From assembly GCF_058153355.1 (NCBI RefSeq), contig NZ_CM177019.1: a DNA stretch of 64,000 bases; one strand, written 5' to 3'. Each line of letters starts with the position of its first letter. The stretch's first letter is position 1. Under the pieces are notes generated by a model. That model made no database searches. It saw nothing but the letters and a program-made list of their open reading frames with translations, and was not told the origin of the DNA. Below, one piece after another: positions 29,771-42,081 of the stretch. The position numbers were made by a program, and so were the translations under genes.

Positions 29771-30808
29771 TTACTTCGCAAGAGTCACTGTGGAGGGAGA
29801 GGCTTGCTCAAAACCGCGTTCAAGGATTTCCAGATTGGTAAGAACTTCAGATTCCTTGACGTAATTTGGTGCACCGTTGGTGATGGTTTGATACAACGCA
29901 TCATAAACGCGCCCATAATCGCCCATCTCTGGCTTCATCTCTTCTCTGACCGTAACGCCCTCGTCATTGACATACTCCAGCACACCGACCGAATCATCCG
30001 CTGCGAATCCCGGCTCGCCCGGCATAATATTAGCCTTCAGGCTGGTTTCCTGCTGGTCGATACCGTATTTAATAAACGAACCTTTCTTACCGTGAACGAT
30101 AAATTTCGGATAATCGATTTTCACCAGATGGCTGGTTTTGACGATGGCTTTTAGATCGCCATAAAACAGCTGCGCTTCGAAGGTGTCGTCAGGATTGGCT
30201 TTATTACGCAGGCTGCGGATGTCATAAGCGACGTGATCCGGGCGACCGAACAGCGAGATAATCTGGTCCATCGTATGCACACCAAGGCCATAGAACGCGC
30301 CATCCTGCGGCAGCCCGGGTTTGGTTTCTGCCACCGGGCGGTAATAGTCAAAATGGCTTTCCATTTCAACAATCTCTCCCAGCTTGCCGCTTTCAATCGC
30401 TTTTTTCGCCGTCAGAAAACAGGAATCAAAGCGACGATTCTGATACGGCGTGACGGTCAGCCCTTTACTTTTCGCCAGCGCAAAAAGTTCTTTCGCCTGC
30501 GCAAGCGTCGGAGTGAATGGTTTTTCGACCAGCACATTTTTCCCGGCTTCCAGCGCGCGTTTCGCGTACTCGAAGTGGCTGTCCGCATGAGTGCAGACGA
30601 CAATCAACTTAACGTCGGGATCGTTTAGCACTTCGTCGAGATCGCTGGTGAAATGAATATGGGAATAAATGGGAGCCTGTTCTTCCGGCTTCGCATGGCG
30701 GCGAAAAATATGCGCGACATGCCAGCTATCCTTGCGGTTAAGTACATACGGCAGATGGTAACGGGTGGTGCTTTTGCCGAAGCCAATAAAGGCGCAGTTG
30801 ATGACCAT
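29771..30808 (-). CDS. yhhX: Gfo/Idh/MocA-family oxidoreductase
   Basis: 345-aa ORF with N-terminal Rossmann fold. Confidence 0.9.
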   Translation of the reverse strand: MVINCAFIGFGKSTTRYHLPYVLNRKDSWHVAHIFRRHAKPEEQAPIYSHIHFTSDLDEVLNDPDVKLIVVCTHADSHFEYAKRALEAGKNVLVEKPFTPTLAQAKELFALAKSKGLTVTPYQNRRFDSCFLTAKKAIESGKLGEIVEMESHFDYYRPVAETKPGLPQDGAFYGLGVHTMDQIISLFGRPDHVAYDIRSLRNKANPDDTFEAQLFYGDLKAIVKTSHLVKIDYPKFIVHGKKGSFIKYGIDQQETSLKANIMPGEPGFAADDSVGVLEYVNDEGVTVREEMKPEMGDYGRVYDALYQTITNGAPNYVKESEVLTNLEILERGFEQASPSTVTLAK

Positions 30809-30930
30809 GATTTCGTCCTTTTTAAGGGGGTTATTTACACCTTAGCGCAAAGCGGACGCGGTTCCTACAGGAGTGCGCATAACAAACACAAGCACTTCCC
30901 GTGGATAAATTGAGAACGAAAGGTCAAAAA

Positions 30931-31020
30931 AAAAGCCAGCACCCGGCTGGCTAAGTAATACTGGAAGCAATGTGAGCAATGTCGTGCTTTCAGGTTCTCC
31001 GCGAGGGTCTTCCTGATCGC
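30931..31020 (-). ncRNA. ryhB: Small RNA RyhB (Fur-repressed; iron-sparing response)
   Basis: Minus-strand 90 nt GCGATCAGGAAGACCCTCGCGGAGAACCTGAAAGCACGACATTGCTCACATTGCTTCCAGTATTACTTAGCCAGCCGGGTGCTGGCTTTT with terminal hairpin and U-tail. Confidence 0.93.
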
Positions 31021-31047
31021 GAGACAATAATAATCATTCTCATTCGC
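31021..31047 (-). promoter_or_regulatory. Fur box overlapping the ryhB promoter
   Basis: Minus-strand read gaatgagaatgattattattgtc resembles the GATAATGATAATCATTATC consensus. Confidence 0.7.
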
Positions 31048-31141
31048 ACTTGTCCAACACTTTTTGCAAAAAAATGCATTTGACTCGCATTTGAAAGTCA
31101 ATGATGTTGAAAGGGACATTTACCCCAAAGAGGACAAAGGA

Positions 31142-31630
31142 ATGAGTGAGATAGTAATACGCCACGCAGAAACACGGGATTACGAGGCCATCAGGCAAAT
31201 TCACGCCCAACCGGAGGTGTATTACAACACGCTACAACTACCTCATCCTTCGGAAGGCTGGTGGCCAGAAAGATTGAAAGATCGCCAGGGATTTAAACAA
31301 CTGGTTGCCTGCATTGATAGTATCGTGGTGGGTCATCTTTTCGTGGAAGCTTATCAAGGCCCACGTCGCAGTCATGTTGCAACTTTTGGTATCTGTGTTG
31401 ACTCCCGCTGGCACAACCGTGGCATCGCCAGCGCCCTGATCCGCGAATTGATTGAAATGTGCGACAACTGGTTACGGATAGATCGTATTGAGTTGACGGT
31501 GTTTGCGGATAACGCCCCAGCAATCGCAGTCTATAAAAAATTCGGATTTCTCATAGAAGGTACCGGCAAAAATTACGCTTTTCGTAATGGCGAATATGTC
31601 GATGCGTATTATATGGCGCGGGTGAAATAG
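31142..31630 (+). CDS. yhhY: GNAT-family N-acetyltransferase
   Basis: 162-aa product from MSEIVIRHAETRDYEAIRQIH; the ORF-track frame starts 26 codons upstream. Confidence 0.88.
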   Translation: MSEIVIRHAETRDYEAIRQIHAQPEVYYNTLQLPHPSEGWWPERLKDRQGFKQLVACIDSIVVGHLFVEAYQGPRRSHVATFGICVDSRWHNRGIASALIRELIEMCDNWLRIDRIELTVFADNAPAIAVYKKFGFLIEGTGKNYAFRNGEYVDAYYMARVK

Positions 31631-31646
31631 AGAATTTGTAATCTAA

Positions 31647-31673
31647 AAGCCCTCACCTACCTGGAGAGGGCTT
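31647..31673. terminator. Hairpin between the convergent genes yhhY and ggt
   Basis: aagccctc ... gagggctt stem. Confidence 0.55.
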
Positions 31674-31679
31674 AAGATA

Positions 31680-33425
31680 TTAATACCCCGCCGTTAAATC
31701 ATCTACCGAACGTGGGTCGGATGCGCCGTATAACTCACCGTCCGGCCCAACCATAATACTTTGCGTACTGCCCATCGCCTCTTTTAGCGCCACTTTCTGA
31801 CCTTTTGCTTCCAGCAGCTTGAGCGTATCCGGGCTAAATCCTTTCTCGACACGCAGCTCGTCCGGCAGCCACTGATGGTGGAAACGCGGCGCATTGGTTG
31901 CTTCGGCGACATTCATGCCATAATCGATGCTGTTCACCACCATTTGCAGCACAGTGGTGATAATTCGGCTTCCGCCAGGGCTACCGGTCACCAGCCAGGT
32001 TTTACCGTCTTTCACCACAATGGTTGGTGACATCGATGACAGCGGACGTTTATTCGGCCCGACAGCGTTAGCATCACCACCCACCAGCCCGTAAACGTTC
32101 GGTACGCCCGGTTTGGCGGAGAAATCATCCATCTGGTTATTGAGCAAAATACCGCTCTCGCCCGCGACAATGCCCGTACCGAAGGTGGTGTTCAGCGTAT
32201 AGGTCACCGCCACGGCGTTACCGTCTTTATCCACCACTGAGTAATGGGTAGTTTGATTACTCTCATAAGGCGCAAGCTTGCCAGGACGAATTTCGCTGGA
32301 TGGCTTCGCTTTATTGATATCGATTTGATCGGCAATAGATTTGGCATAGGCTTTATTGGTCAGCGCCTGCCACGGTACTTTGACAAAATCCGGGTCGCCA
32401 AGATATTCCGAGCGATCGGCGTAGGCATGTTTCTCCGCTTCTGCCATGATTTGCATCGCGTCGGCGCTGCCAAAGCCGTATTTCTGCATATCGAAGTTTT
32501 CCAGAATATTGAGGATCTGCACGATATGAATCCCGCCGGAAGATGGCGGTGGCATGGAGTAAACCTGATACCCGCGATAATCGCCACTTATTGGTGTACG
32601 TTCGACCGCTTTATACGCCGCTAAATCTTCTTTAGTGATCAAGCCACCGTTTTTCTGCATCTCCTGGGCGATCTGTTCCGCTATCGTGCCTTTGTAGAAT
32701 TCATCCGGGCCGTTTTCGGCAATCATCTCCAGGCTCTTTGCCAGATTCGTCTGTACCAGCTTGTCGCCCTTTTTCAGCGGTTCGCCCTCTTTCCAGAAGA
32801 TAGCTTTGCTGTTTTCGTGATTTGGTAGCACTTCACTGCCGTAGGTTTTGAGATCGTCTGCCAGCGCATCGTTAACGATAAAACCATCGCGTGCCAGTTT
32901 AAACGCAGGCTGCACAACTTTGTTCAGCGGCATGGTGCCGTATTTCTCCAGCGCCAACGAGAAGCCCGCTACCGTACCGGGTGTGCCAGAAGCAAGATGC
33001 GAAGTGAGAGATTTTTTGCTGTCCGGGTTGCCCTGATCATCAAGGAACATATCGCGGGTCGCTTTGGCGGGTGCCATTTCGCGGAAATCGATAGCGGTGG
33101 TATTGCCATCTTTAGTGCGGATCAGCATAAAACCGCCGCCGCCCAGATTCCCTGCCTGCGGATGCGTTACCGCCAGCGCGTAGCCCACTGCCACGGCAGC
33201 ATCAACGGCATTCCCGCCCTGCTTAAGGATATCTACCCCCACCTGAGTGGCAGTGGCGTCCACAGATGCTACCATCCCCTGCTTCGCGCGTACCGGATGG
33301 AAGACATCCTCCTCCACGCCATACGAGACTGGCGGCGGCGCAGGTGGCGCGGCGACAGCACTAAAACAACTTCCTGTGAGCAGAGCAGCAATAGCCACCC
33401 GGCGTAAAAACGTCGGTTTTATCAT
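31680..33425 (-). CDS. ggt: Gamma-glutamyltranspeptidase
   Basis: About 581-aa product from MIKPTFLRRVAIAALL (signal peptide); the ORF-track frame extends 9 codons upstream. Confidence 0.94.
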   Translation of the reverse strand: MIKPTFLRRVAIAALLTGSCFSAVAAPPAPPPVSYGVEEDVFHPVRAKQGMVASVDATATQVGVDILKQGGNAVDAAVAVGYALAVTHPQAGNLGGGGFMLIRTKDGNTTAIDFREMAPAKATRDMFLDDQGNPDSKKSLTSHLASGTPGTVAGFSLALEKYGTMPLNKVVQPAFKLARDGFIVNDALADDLKTYGSEVLPNHENSKAIFWKEGEPLKKGDKLVQTNLAKSLEMIAENGPDEFYKGTIAEQIAQEMQKNGGLITKEDLAAYKAVERTPISGDYRGYQVYSMPPPSSGGIHIVQILNILENFDMQKYGFGSADAMQIMAEAEKHAYADRSEYLGDPDFVKVPWQALTNKAYAKSIADQIDINKAKPSSEIRPGKLAPYESNQTTHYSVVDKDGNAVAVTYTLNTTFGTGIVAGESGILLNNQMDDFSAKPGVPNVYGLVGGDANAVGPNKRPLSSMSPTIVVKDGKTWLVTGSPGGSRIITTVLQMVVNSIDYGMNVAEATNAPRFHHQWLPDELRVEKGFSPDTLKLLEAKGQKVALKEAMGSTQSIMVGPDGELYGASDPRSVDDLTAGY

Positions 33426-33544
33426 CGTTATACTCCAGAGATTAAGGGGCAACCCCAGCTAAGCCTGGTATATAACTCTGAATTAATCCTGATGATTGCA
33501 GGAAAGGAGTAAACTTAAAGAATATCTTCAGAGGAGGATACGCG

Positions 33545-33985
33545 ATGAAACGACTTCTGCTTTTGACGGCACTCCTGCCTTTTGTCGGCTTTGCACAGCC
33601 CATTAATACTCTGAACAACCCTAACCAGCCGGGGTATCAGATCCCCAGCCAGCAGCGAATGCAAACTCAAATGCAAACGCAGCAAATCCAGCAAAAAGGG
33701 ATGCTGAATCAGCAACTGAAAACTCAGACGCAATTACAACAGCAGCATTTAGAAAATCAGCTTAATAGCAACTCGCAGCGGGTATTGCAGTCACAGCCGG
33801 GGGAGCTAAATCCCGCCCGGCAGCAAATGCTGCCCAACACCAACGGCGGGATGTTAAACAGCAACCGTAATCCGGATAGTTCGTTGAATCAGCAGCATAT
33901 GTTGCCGGAGAGGAGAAACGGCGACATGCTGAATCAGCCCAGCACGCCGCAGCCTGATATTCCGTTGAAAACTATTGGGCCGTAA
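33545..33985 (+). CDS. yhhA: Gln-rich secreted protein (DUF2756)
   Basis: 146-aa ORF with signal peptide and low-complexity Q/N-rich body. Confidence 0.85.
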   Translation: MKRLLLLTALLPFVGFAQPINTLNNPNQPGYQIPSQQRMQTQMQTQQIQQKGMLNQQLKTQTQLQQQHLENQLNSNSQRVLQSQPGELNPARQQMLPNTNGGMLNSNRNPDSSLNQQHMLPERRNGDMLNQPSTPQPDIPLKTIGP

Positions 33986-34715
33986 AGTTCGGGCCAATAA
34001 CATCAATCGCATCGGTACAGATGCAATCCACGCCCCAGCGCAGCAACTCTGCCGCGCGCTGGGGTTTGTTGACGGTATAAACCAGAATCCGTAATCCAGC
34101 GTCTTTCAACTGCATCACTCGCGCTTTATCGAGCAACTTATGATTGAGATGAATAGAGACGCAGCCCAGCCGCGTGGTCAGTTCGCGCCAGTCGTCGCGC
34201 CACTCATCCAGCAACAAACCGCGCGGCAGTTCCGGTGCAGCCTGGTGCGCGGCTTCTAAAGCATCAATCTCAAACGATGACAGCAGCGGCGGCGTCATAC
34301 CAGCCCACAGTTCGCTCGCCGCCAGCGATACCATTTTACCCGTTAATGGACCAGTGCCAGTGGTGGGTTTGATTTCAATATTTGCCATCATCCCATGTTC
34401 ACGGCAGCGTTCCGCCACCTGCGAAAGCAACGGCAGCGGCTCACCTTTAAACGCTTTGCTGTACCAACTGCCCGCATCCACGCGCAGTAAATCCTGCCAG
34501 TTCAGTTCGCCCGCGACGCCCCAGCCGTTGCTGGTGCGTTCGAGATTATCGTCATGCAGCAGGAAGATCTCACCATCTTTCGATAACTTCGCATCAAATT
34601 CGATCATCTTATGACCGTATTTTGCCCCAACGTCGATTGCCGCCAGGGTGTTTTCCGGGGCCAGCTTACCGCCGCCACGGTGGGCGACAATGCGGGGATA
34701 AGGCCAGTTACTCAT
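33972..34715 (-). CDS. ugpQ: Glycerophosphodiester phosphodiesterase
   Basis: 247-aa ORF; last gene of the ugp operon. Confidence 0.94.
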   Translation of the reverse strand: MSNWPYPRIVAHRGGGKLAPENTLAAIDVGAKYGHKMIEFDAKLSKDGEIFLLHDDNLERTSNGWGVAGELNWQDLLRVDAGSWYSKAFKGEPLPLLSQVAERCREHGMMANIEIKPTTGTGPLTGKMVSLAASELWAGMTPPLLSSFEIDALEAAHQAAPELPRGLLLDEWRDDWRELTTRLGCVSIHLNHKLLDKARVMQLKDAGLRILVYTVNKPQRAAELLRWGVDCICTDAIDVIGPNFTAQ

Positions 34716-35782
34716 ACTCGTTGTCCTGTTTCACCATCAAAAAGATGCAGCTGATTTTCCGGCAGATGCAGCCACAGCGTGCTGCCTGTCGTCGGGCGCT
34801 CCTGATGCGCCAGTCGCACCACCAGCTTCTGTTCGCCCCAGCGTCCGTGCGCCAGGTTATCTGCGCCGAGGATCTCCAGCGTGTCCATCACCAGCGGTAT
34901 GCCGCCTTCTGCCTGCGAGCTTAACGCAATATGTTCCGGGCGAATGCCAAGAGTCATTTTACGCCCGGCATACTGACGGTAGCCACCGTTTAGCGGTAGC
35001 GCGATACCGCCATCCAGTTCGAAATGCGTGCCTTCGTTATTCACGCGGCCTGTCAGCAGGTTCATCGCCGGACTGCCGATAAAACTCGCCACAAACAGAG
35101 TGGCGGGCTTTTCGTAGACTTCAACTGGCGTGCCAATCTGTTCGGCAACGCCGCCGTTCATCACCATTACCCGCTGAGCGAGCGTCATCGCCTCAACCTG
35201 ATCGTGAGTAACGTAGAGTGAAGTCGTTTTCAGGCGACGGTGCAGTTGTTGCAGCTCAAGGCGCATCTGAACACGCAGCTTGGCATCGAGGTTAGAGAGC
35301 GGCTCATCAAACAGGAACACCGCCGGATCGCGCACAATCGCACGGCCCATCGCTACACGCTGACGCTGACCGCCAGAAAGCTCACGCGGACGACGCTTGA
35401 GCAGGCCATCCAGCTCCAGAATACGCGCCGCTTCTTTAACACGTTCGGCAATTTGTTGCTTGCCCATGCCGCGAATTTTCAGCCCCCACGCCATGTTTTC
35501 TTCGACACTCATATGCGGATAAAGAGCGTAGTTCTGGAACACCATCGCAATCCCGCGATCTTTCGGCTCCATTTCGGTCACGCGTTGGTCGTTAATCCAG
35601 ATATCGCCTTCGGTGACCCGCTCCAGCCCGGCAACCATGCGCAGCAGCGTGGATTTCCCGCAGCCAGACGGCCCGACCATCACGATAAATTCGCCATCCG
35701 CCACATCAAGGGTCAGCGGTTTAATGACCTGGGTTTTGCCATCCCAGCTTTTGGTTACTGCCTGTAATTTCAGTCCTGCCAT
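34712..35782 (-). CDS. ugpC: sn-glycerol-3-phosphate ABC transporter, ATP-binding subunit
   Basis: 356-aa product from [15 protein letters not shown]; Walker [10 protein letters not shown]; the ORF-track frame extends 13 codons upstream. Confidence 0.95.
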   Translation of the reverse strand: MAGLKLQAVTKSWDGKTQVIKPLTLDVADGEFIVMVGPSGCGKSTLLRMVAGLERVTEGDIWINDQRVTEMEPKDRGIAMVFQNYALYPHMSVEENMAWGLKIRGMGKQQIAERVKEAARILELDGLLKRRPRELSGGQRQRVAMGRAIVRDPAVFLFDEPLSNLDAKLRVQMRLELQQLHRRLKTTSLYVTHDQVEAMTLAQRVMVMNGGVAEQIGTPVEVYEKPATLFVASFIGSPAMNLLTGRVNNEGTHFELDGGIALPLNGGYRQYAGRKMTLGIRPEHIALSSQAEGGIPLVMDTLEILGADNLAHGRWGEQKLVVRLAHQERPTTGSTLWLHLPENQLHLFDGETGQRV

Positions 35783-35783
35783 C

Positions 35784-36629
35784 TTATTTCTCACTATCGA
35801 CCAGGCCGCGCACGAAGGCACGCTGCATCACTAAAACAATCACCACCGGAGGGATAAGCGTTAACAACATCGCCGCCATCACCGAATTCCATTCCGTGGT
35901 GCCTTCGCCTGTAGCGATCATCCCTTTGATTCCTGCCACGGTGGTGCCGAGATCAACATCGGTAATAATCAACAACGGCCACAAATACTGGTTCCAGCCG
36001 TAAATAAAAGTGATCACAAACAGCGCCGCCAGATTAGTTTTCGACAGCGGAAAAACGATGTCGCAAAAGAAACGCATTGGTGACGCACCGTCGATCCGCG
36101 CCGCTTCCACCAGCTCATCCGGCAGCGTCATAAAGAACTGGCGGAACAAGAAAGTAGCGGTCGCAGAGGCCATCAGCGGCAGCGTTAAACCAGCGTAGCT
36201 GTCAAGCATTTTCAGGTTGGCGATGACTTCTACTGTCGGGAAGATACGCACTTCAACCGGCAGCATCAGGGTGATAAAAATCATCCAAAAGAAGAGGTTA
36301 CGCAGCGGAAAACGAAACCAGACAATGGCAAATGCCGAGAGCATCGAGACGGTAATTTTGCCGAGCGTAATGCTGAACGCCATCACGAAGCTGTTAAGCA
36401 ACATCCGCCAGAACGGCGCGCTATTTGTGCCTACCCCGTTCACCCAGATGTTGTGGATGTTTTCCAACAGATGCGTGCCGGGGATGAGCGTCATCGGCGC
36501 GGCGTAGACAGCCTGTTTATCCAGCGTCGCCGCGACAAACGCCACGTACAACGGGAAGAGGATCACCGCGATCCCGAGGATCAGCATGGTATGGCTGAAT
36601 ATTGTCAGCCACGGACGGTTCTCAATCAT
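35784..36629 (-). CDS. ugpE: sn-glycerol-3-phosphate ABC transporter permease
   Basis: 281-aa membrane ORF. Confidence 0.95.
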
Positions 36630-37513
36630 TGGTAACGCACCTTGCTTTCAACATAGCGGAACTGCACCACCGTCAGCACGATGACGAGGAACATCAACAC
36701 CACCGACTGCGCGGCAGACGAAGCCAAATCCAGCCCGGTAAAACCTTCGCGGTAGATCTTATAAATTAGCGTCGTGGTAGCCTGTACTGGTCCGCCGGAC
36801 GTGGCGGCGTCAATCACCGGGAAGGTATCGAAGAAGGCGTACACCAGGTTCACCACCAGCAGGAAGAAACTCACCGGCGCAATCAGCGGCAGCGCAATCT
36901 TAAAGAAGCGGCGAATCGGGCCAGCCCCATCAATGGCTGCGGCTTCAATCAACGAACGGGGAATGGATTGCAGCGCGGCATAGAAGAACAGAAAGTTGTA
37001 GCTGATTTGCTTCCATACTGAGGCAAACACCACCAGGAACATTGCCTGACCGCTGTTTTGCGCATGGTTCCAGTCGTAGCCGAACTCAGCGAGAAAATGA
37101 GTGATCAGCCCGCGACCAGGGTTAAACAGGAAGATCCACAATACGGCGGCAACGGCGGGAGCCACGGCATACGGCAGCAGCATTAAGGTTTGATAGAAAC
37201 GGCTGCCGCGCACGATGTACTCCACCAGCGCCGCGAAGAACAGCGACACCAGCAAACCGCTGACGGTGACAAAGGTGCTGAATTTTATCGTCGTCCAGAA
37301 GGAGTCGAGATAGTAGCTGTCATGAAACAGCGTGACGAAGTTATCCAGGCCGACAAACTGGCTGGAAAAGCCAAACGGATCGACGCTTTGTAGCGAGTAC
37401 CACAACGCTTCGCCCGCAGGCCAGATAAAAAAGATAACGGTGATGATAAGCTGCGGCGCGACCAGCAAATAAGGCAGCCAGCGCGAGCGGAACACCGGAC
37501 GGGATGATGACAT
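36626..37513 (-). CDS. ugpA: sn-glycerol-3-phosphate ABC transporter permease
   Basis: 295-aa membrane ORF. Confidence 0.95.
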
Positions 37514-37534
37514 TACGGTTAATTCCTGAACTGT

Positions 37535-37602
37535 GCCGGATGCGCTTCGCTTATCCGGCCTACACGCGATGCCAGGTCAGATAAGCGAAACGCATCCGAC
37601 AT
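37535..37602. repeat. REP palindromes in the ugpB-ugpA intergenic region
   Basis: gccggatgcgcttcgcttatccggcctac plus an inverted partner. Confidence 0.7.
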
Positions 37603-37610
37603 TTCACTGG

Positions 37611-38927
37611 TTAAGACTTCGTAGATTTCTCAAAGCGGCGCAGTAACTGGTTCCCACGCTCAACAGCGGTATCCAGCGCCTGCTGTGGCGTCTTCTTACC
37701 AGTCCACACGCTTTCCAGCTCTTCATCCACAATCACGCGGATCTGCGGCATATTGCCCAGACGCAGCCCTTTGGTGAACGGCAACGGCGGCTTGTTCAGC
37801 ATCTGACGCGTCGCGGTATCCGCCCCTGGGTTTTTCTCGTAAAAGCCCTGCTCACGGGTCAGGTTATACGCCGCTTTGGTGATTGGCAGATAACCGGTTT
37901 TCTGATGCCACTCGGCAGCATTTTCTGGCTTCGCGAGGAAGTCGAGGAACTTCGCCACGCCGGTGTAAGTTTCTTTATCTTTGCCCTGCATCACCCACAG
38001 GCTGGCCCCGCCGATAATGGCGTTTTGTGGCGCATCTTTCGCATCGGCGTCGTACGGCATCATGCCTACACCGTAGTTGAATTTGGCATACTCGCGAATG
38101 TTGGCAAGAGAACCGGAAGAAGCGGTCGTCATCGCGCAATCACCGTTATAGAACTTCTCGGTGGATTCATCCTTACGCCCGACGTAACTGAAATCGCCCT
38201 TCTTGTTCATCTCTTCGAGCATGGCGATGTGTTTCACCTGCTCCGGCTTGTTGAACTCAAGCACCGCGTCCGTGCCGTCAAAGCCGTTGTTTTTGCTGGC
38301 AAACGGCAGACCGTTCCAGGCGCTAAAGTTTTCCAGTTGGATCCAGCCCTGCCAGCCGCTGGCGTAGCCGCACTTCATACCAGAGGCTTTCAGTTTCGCG
38401 GAATAGTCCGCCAGATCCTGCCAGGTTTTCGGCGGCTGTTCCGGGTCTAACCCCGCTTTCTTGAAGGCGTCTTTGTTGTAATAGAGAACGGGAGTCGAGC
38501 TGTTGAACGGCTGGGAGAGTAAGTGGCCGGTTTTGCTGTCGGAGTAGTAACCTGAAACCGTCGGCACAAACTGCGACTCATCGAATTGAATCCCCGCCTC
38601 TTTAAACACGTCATATACCGGTTTAATGGCTTTCGACGCCATCATGGTGGCGGTGCCAACTTCATAAACCTGCAAAATAGCCGGAGCGTTGCCGGTACGA
38701 AATGCGGCAATCCCCGCGCTTAAATTCTGTTCGTAGTTGCCTTTATAGATCGGTACAATTTTGTAATCCGGGTTTTCGGCGTTAAAACGTTGAGCCAGAG
38801 AATCCACCTCTTTACCCAGTTCCCCTTCCATAGAATGCCAGAACGGAATGGTCGTCACTGCCTGTGCATTCCCCATTAACGCCAGTCCGAGCGCCAGTGC
38901 TGAAGCTGTATAATGTAACGGTTTCAT
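37611..38927 (-). CDS. ugpB: sn-glycerol-3-phosphate periplasmic binding protein
   Basis: 438-aa ORF with signal peptide. Confidence 0.95.
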   Translation of the reverse strand: MKPLHYTASALALGLALMGNAQAVTTIPFWHSMEGELGKEVDSLAQRFNAENPDYKIVPIYKGNYEQNLSAGIAAFRTGNAPAILQVYEVGTATMMASKAIKPVYDVFKEAGIQFDESQFVPTVSGYYSDSKTGHLLSQPFNSSTPVLYYNKDAFKKAGLDPEQPPKTWQDLADYSAKLKASGMKCGYASGWQGWIQLENFSAWNGLPFASKNNGFDGTDAVLEFNKPEQVKHIAMLEEMNKKGDFSYVGRKDESTEKFYNGDCAMTTASSGSLANIREYAKFNYGVGMMPYDADAKDAPQNAIIGGASLWVMQGKDKETYTGVAKFLDFLAKPENAAEWHQKTGYLPITKAAYNLTREQGFYEKNPGADTATRQMLNKPPLPFTKGLRLGNMPQIRVIVDEELESVWTGKKTPQQALDTAVERGNQLLRRFEKSTKS

Positions 38928-38959
38928 CGTTTATCTCTCTTGTTGTACCGAATGCGCGA

Positions 38960-39030
38960 ATTCACGCGTTTTATGCTCGCGGGGTAACATGACATGCTCG
39001 AATTACAGAAAAATAACTTTTTTGTTACAT
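38960..39030 (-). promoter_or_regulatory. ugpB promoter region with pho-box-like repeats (PhoB)
   Basis: Minus-strand read ctgtaattcgagcatgtcatgttaccccgcgagcataaaac; assignment is from memory of the ugp promoter, not a motif scan. Confidence 0.45.
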
Positions 39031-39164
39031 TTTTAAGATAGTAAGGTGTCAGAAAGATGACAAGGCAGTGACGGCATGGGGGAGGGAAAATGGGAGATGG
39101 GGCACGGATAAGCGGGAAAAATAGAAGGTCTGAATCAAACTCTACAGATTGCTCATCGTTTCAT

Positions 39165-39264
<100 letters not shown>

Positions 39265-39324
39265 ATTTTACATTTGTAACCTGTCTCAAAGGAGTCTTTT
39301 GACTCCTTATCAATCAACGTGTTA

Positions 39325-40038
39325 TTACCCGCCTAAATACGCACTTCTCACCGCTTCATTCGCCAGTAGCGCGTCGCCGGTATCGGAAAGCACGACATGA
39401 CCGTTTTCCAGCACGTAGCCGCGATCAGCGAGCTTCAGCGCCTGGTTGGCGTTCTGCTCGACGAGGAAGATGGTCATCCCCTGCTCGCGCAGCTGCTCGA
39501 TGGTGTCGAAAATTTGCTGGATGATAATCGGCGCAAGACCGAGCGATGGCTCATCAAGCAACAATAAACGCGGGTTGCTCATCAGCGCGCGACCAATCGC
39601 CAGCATCTGCTGCTCACCGCCGGACATGGTGCCCGCCCGCTGAACACGGCGCTCATGCAGACGTGGAAACAGTTCATACACCCACTTTATGCGTTCCTGG
39701 AACTGGTCACGTTCAGCAAAAAAACCGCCCATCGCCAGGTTCTCTTCCACCGTCATCCGCGAGAAGACGCGGCGTCCTTCCGGGACAATCGCTACCGCTT
39801 CGCGCATGATTTTCGCCGTCTGCCAGTCGGTAATGTCTTTATCATCAAACACAATTCGCCCGCTGGTGGCGCGCGGGTCGCCACATAACGTGCCGAGCAA
39901 GGTCGTTTTACCCGCCCCGTTCGCGCCAATGAGGGTGACAATCTCGCCCTGATTGATATGCAGGCTCACCTCATGCAGCGCCTGGATTTTGCCGTAGTGG
40001 GCGCTGACTTTGTCAAAGGACAACATGACTTTTTCCAT
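39325..40038 (-). CDS. livF: Branched-chain amino acid ABC transporter, ATP-binding subunit
   Basis: 237-aa product from MEKVMLSFDKV; the ORF-track frame extends 4 codons upstream. Confidence 0.95.
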   Translation of the reverse strand: MEKVMLSFDKVSAHYGKIQALHEVSLHINQGEIVTLIGANGAGKTTLLGTLCGDPRATSGRIVFDDKDITDWQTAKIMREAVAIVPEGRRVFSRMTVEENLAMGGFFAERDQFQERIKWVYELFPRLHERRVQRAGTMSGGEQQMLAIGRALMSNPRLLLLDEPSLGLAPIIIQQIFDTIEQLREQGMTIFLVEQNANQALKLADRGYVLENGHVVLSDTGDALLANEAVRSAYLGG

Positions 40039-40039
40039 C

Positions 40040-40807
40040 TTATGCCTCACCTAAATAGGCACGGATCACGTCCGGGTTATTACGGATTTGCTCCGGCGTA
40101 CCGTTTGCCAGTGGCGTCCCCTGATTGACCACGTAAATTCTGTCTGAAATCCCCATCACCAGCTTCATATCGTGTTCAATCAACAAGATAGTGGTGTTGT
40201 GATGGTTACGCAGTTCGGCAATCAGCTCATCCAGCTCTTTGGTTTCTTTCGGGTTAAGACCTGCCGCTGGTTCGTCGAGCATTAAAATCTCCGGCTGCGT
40301 TACCATGCAGCGGGCGATCTCCAGACGGCGCTGGTCACCGTAGGCCAGGTTACTCGCCTGACGGTTAGCGTGTTCGAGCAAACCAATGCGCTCAAGCCAG
40401 GTTGCGGCACGGTCGAGCGCTTCACTTTGGGCGCGACGGAAGGATGGCGTTTTCAACAGGCCAGAGAACAGCCCGGTTTTCAGTTGCTGATGCTGCGCCA
40501 CCAGCAGGTTTTCAATCACCGTCATTTCACGGAACAGACGCACATGCTGGAAGGTGCGCACCACGCCCATGCGGGCGATTTGCTGCCCCGGTAAACCTTC
40601 CAGATGCTGATCGCGCAGTAAAATGGTGCCGCCGGTGGGTTTATAGAATCCGGTCAGGCAGTTAAAAACCGTGGTTTTTCCGGCACCGTTAGGGCCGATT
40701 AACGAGACGATCTCCTGCGGGTACAGTTCAAGATTGACGTTATTCACCGCCAGCAGGCCGCCGAAGCGCATCATCAGACCGTTAACAGATAATAATGGCT
40801 GACTCAT
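40040..40807 (-). CDS. livG: Branched-chain amino acid ABC transporter, ATP-binding subunit
   Basis: 255-aa ORF with Walker [10 protein letters not shown]. Confidence 0.95.
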   Translation of the reverse strand: MSQPLLSVNGLMMRFGGLLAVNNVNLELYPQEIVSLIGPNGAGKTTVFNCLTGFYKPTGGTILLRDQHLEGLPGQQIARMGVVRTFQHVRLFREMTVIENLLVAQHQQLKTGLFSGLLKTPSFRRAQSEALDRAATWLERIGLLEHANRQASNLAYGDQRRLEIARCMVTQPEILMLDEPAAGLNPKETKELDELIAELRNHHNTTILLIEHDMKLVMGISDRIYVVNQGTPLANGTPEQIRNNPDVIRAYLGEA

Positions 40808-42081
40808 GCCTGCTCTCCTTTCGCTGCGCCGTTTTTCAGCTTGAGTTGCGGGCGCGTCATGGGCAGCAAGCCCTGCGGACGCCAGATCATCATCAGCACC
40901 ATCAAACCACCGAGCATTAACATGCTGTATTCGTTGAAATCACGCATCAACTCGCGCGACACCACCAGCAAAATTGCCGCCAGAATCACCGCAAATTGCG
41001 AGCCCATACCACCGAGCACCACTATCGCCAGCACAAACGCCGATTCGGCAAAGGTGAAAGATTCCGGGCTGACAAAGCCCTGACGCGCAGCAAACAGCGT
41101 TCCGGCAAAACCCGCAAACGCGGCACTGATGGTAAAAGCGGTCAGCTTGATACGACGCGGACTTAAGCCCAGCGAACGACAGGCGATTTCATCTTCACGC
41201 AACGCTTCCCACGCGCGGCCCAGCGGCATTCGCAGTAAGCGGTTAATGACAAACAGGCTTAACACCACCAACAGTAACGCCACCAGGTAGAGGAAGATGA
41301 CGCGATCGGACGGGTCGTATTTCAGGCCAAAGAAATTGCTGAACGTATCCCAGCCGCCTTCGCGGGCGGTGCGACTGAACTCGAGTCCGAAGAGTGTCGG
41401 TTTCGGGATCTGACTGATTCCGTTCGGACCGCCGGTGATTTCCGTGTTATTGAGCAGCAATATGCGCACAATCTCGCCGAAACCGAGGGTAACGATCGCC
41501 AGATAGTCGCCACGTAAGCGCAACACCGGGAAGCCGAGCAGGAAGCCCGCCGCCGCCGCCATCAACCCGGCAATCGGCAAACAGGTCCAGAAGCCAAGAC
41601 CGTAATAGTGATTGAGCAAGGCAAAGGTGTAAGCGCCGATGGCGTAAAAACCACCGTAACCCAGTACCAGTAAGCCAGACAGCCCCACCACCACGTTCAG
41701 CCCGAGGCCGAGGATAATGTAGATCATGGTCAGGGTGGCGATATCCACCGTCCCGCGCGACACCATAAACGGCCACGCCACCGCAAGCACCAACAGTGCG
41801 ACGAGGAACAGCTTTTGCTTCACCGTGGAGCCATCAATCGCGGGCAGAATAAACTTCGGCCCGGAAACGCTTTTCAATCCTTTCTGAAATGCAGGTCGCA
41901 CAAGCTGGAAGAAAAAGACCACCGCAGTGCCAATAAACACCCACTGCCATCGGATGTCTGAAGCCGTATCGACCACCAGTTTGGTGCCGTCCAGCTCCAG
42001 TTGCACACCCATAAAGACGCCCGCGAGAACAAAGAACATGGCGGCAGAGAGCAGCGCCATTGCAATATGCATCGGTTTCAT
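40804..42081 (-). CDS. livM: Branched-chain amino acid ABC transporter permease
   Basis: 425-aa membrane ORF. Confidence 0.95.
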   Translation of the reverse strand: MKPMHIAMALLSAAMFFVLAGVFMGVQLELDGTKLVVDTASDIRWQWVFIGTAVVFFFQLVRPAFQKGLKSVSGPKFILPAIDGSTVKQKLFLVALLVLAVAWPFMVSRGTVDIATLTMIYIILGLGLNVVVGLSGLLVLGYGGFYAIGAYTFALLNHYYGLGFWTCLPIAGLMAAAAGFLLGFPVLRLRGDYLAIVTLGFGEIVRILLLNNTEITGGPNGISQIPKPTLFGLEFSRTAREGGWDTFSNFFGLKYDPSDRVIFLYLVALLLVVLSLFVINRLLRMPLGRAWEALREDEIACRSLGLSPRRIKLTAFTISAAFAGFAGTLFAARQGFVSPESFTFAESAFVLAIVVLGGMGSQFAVILAAILLVVSRELMRDFNEYSMLMLGGLMVLMMIWRPQGLLPMTRPQLKLKNGAAKGEQA

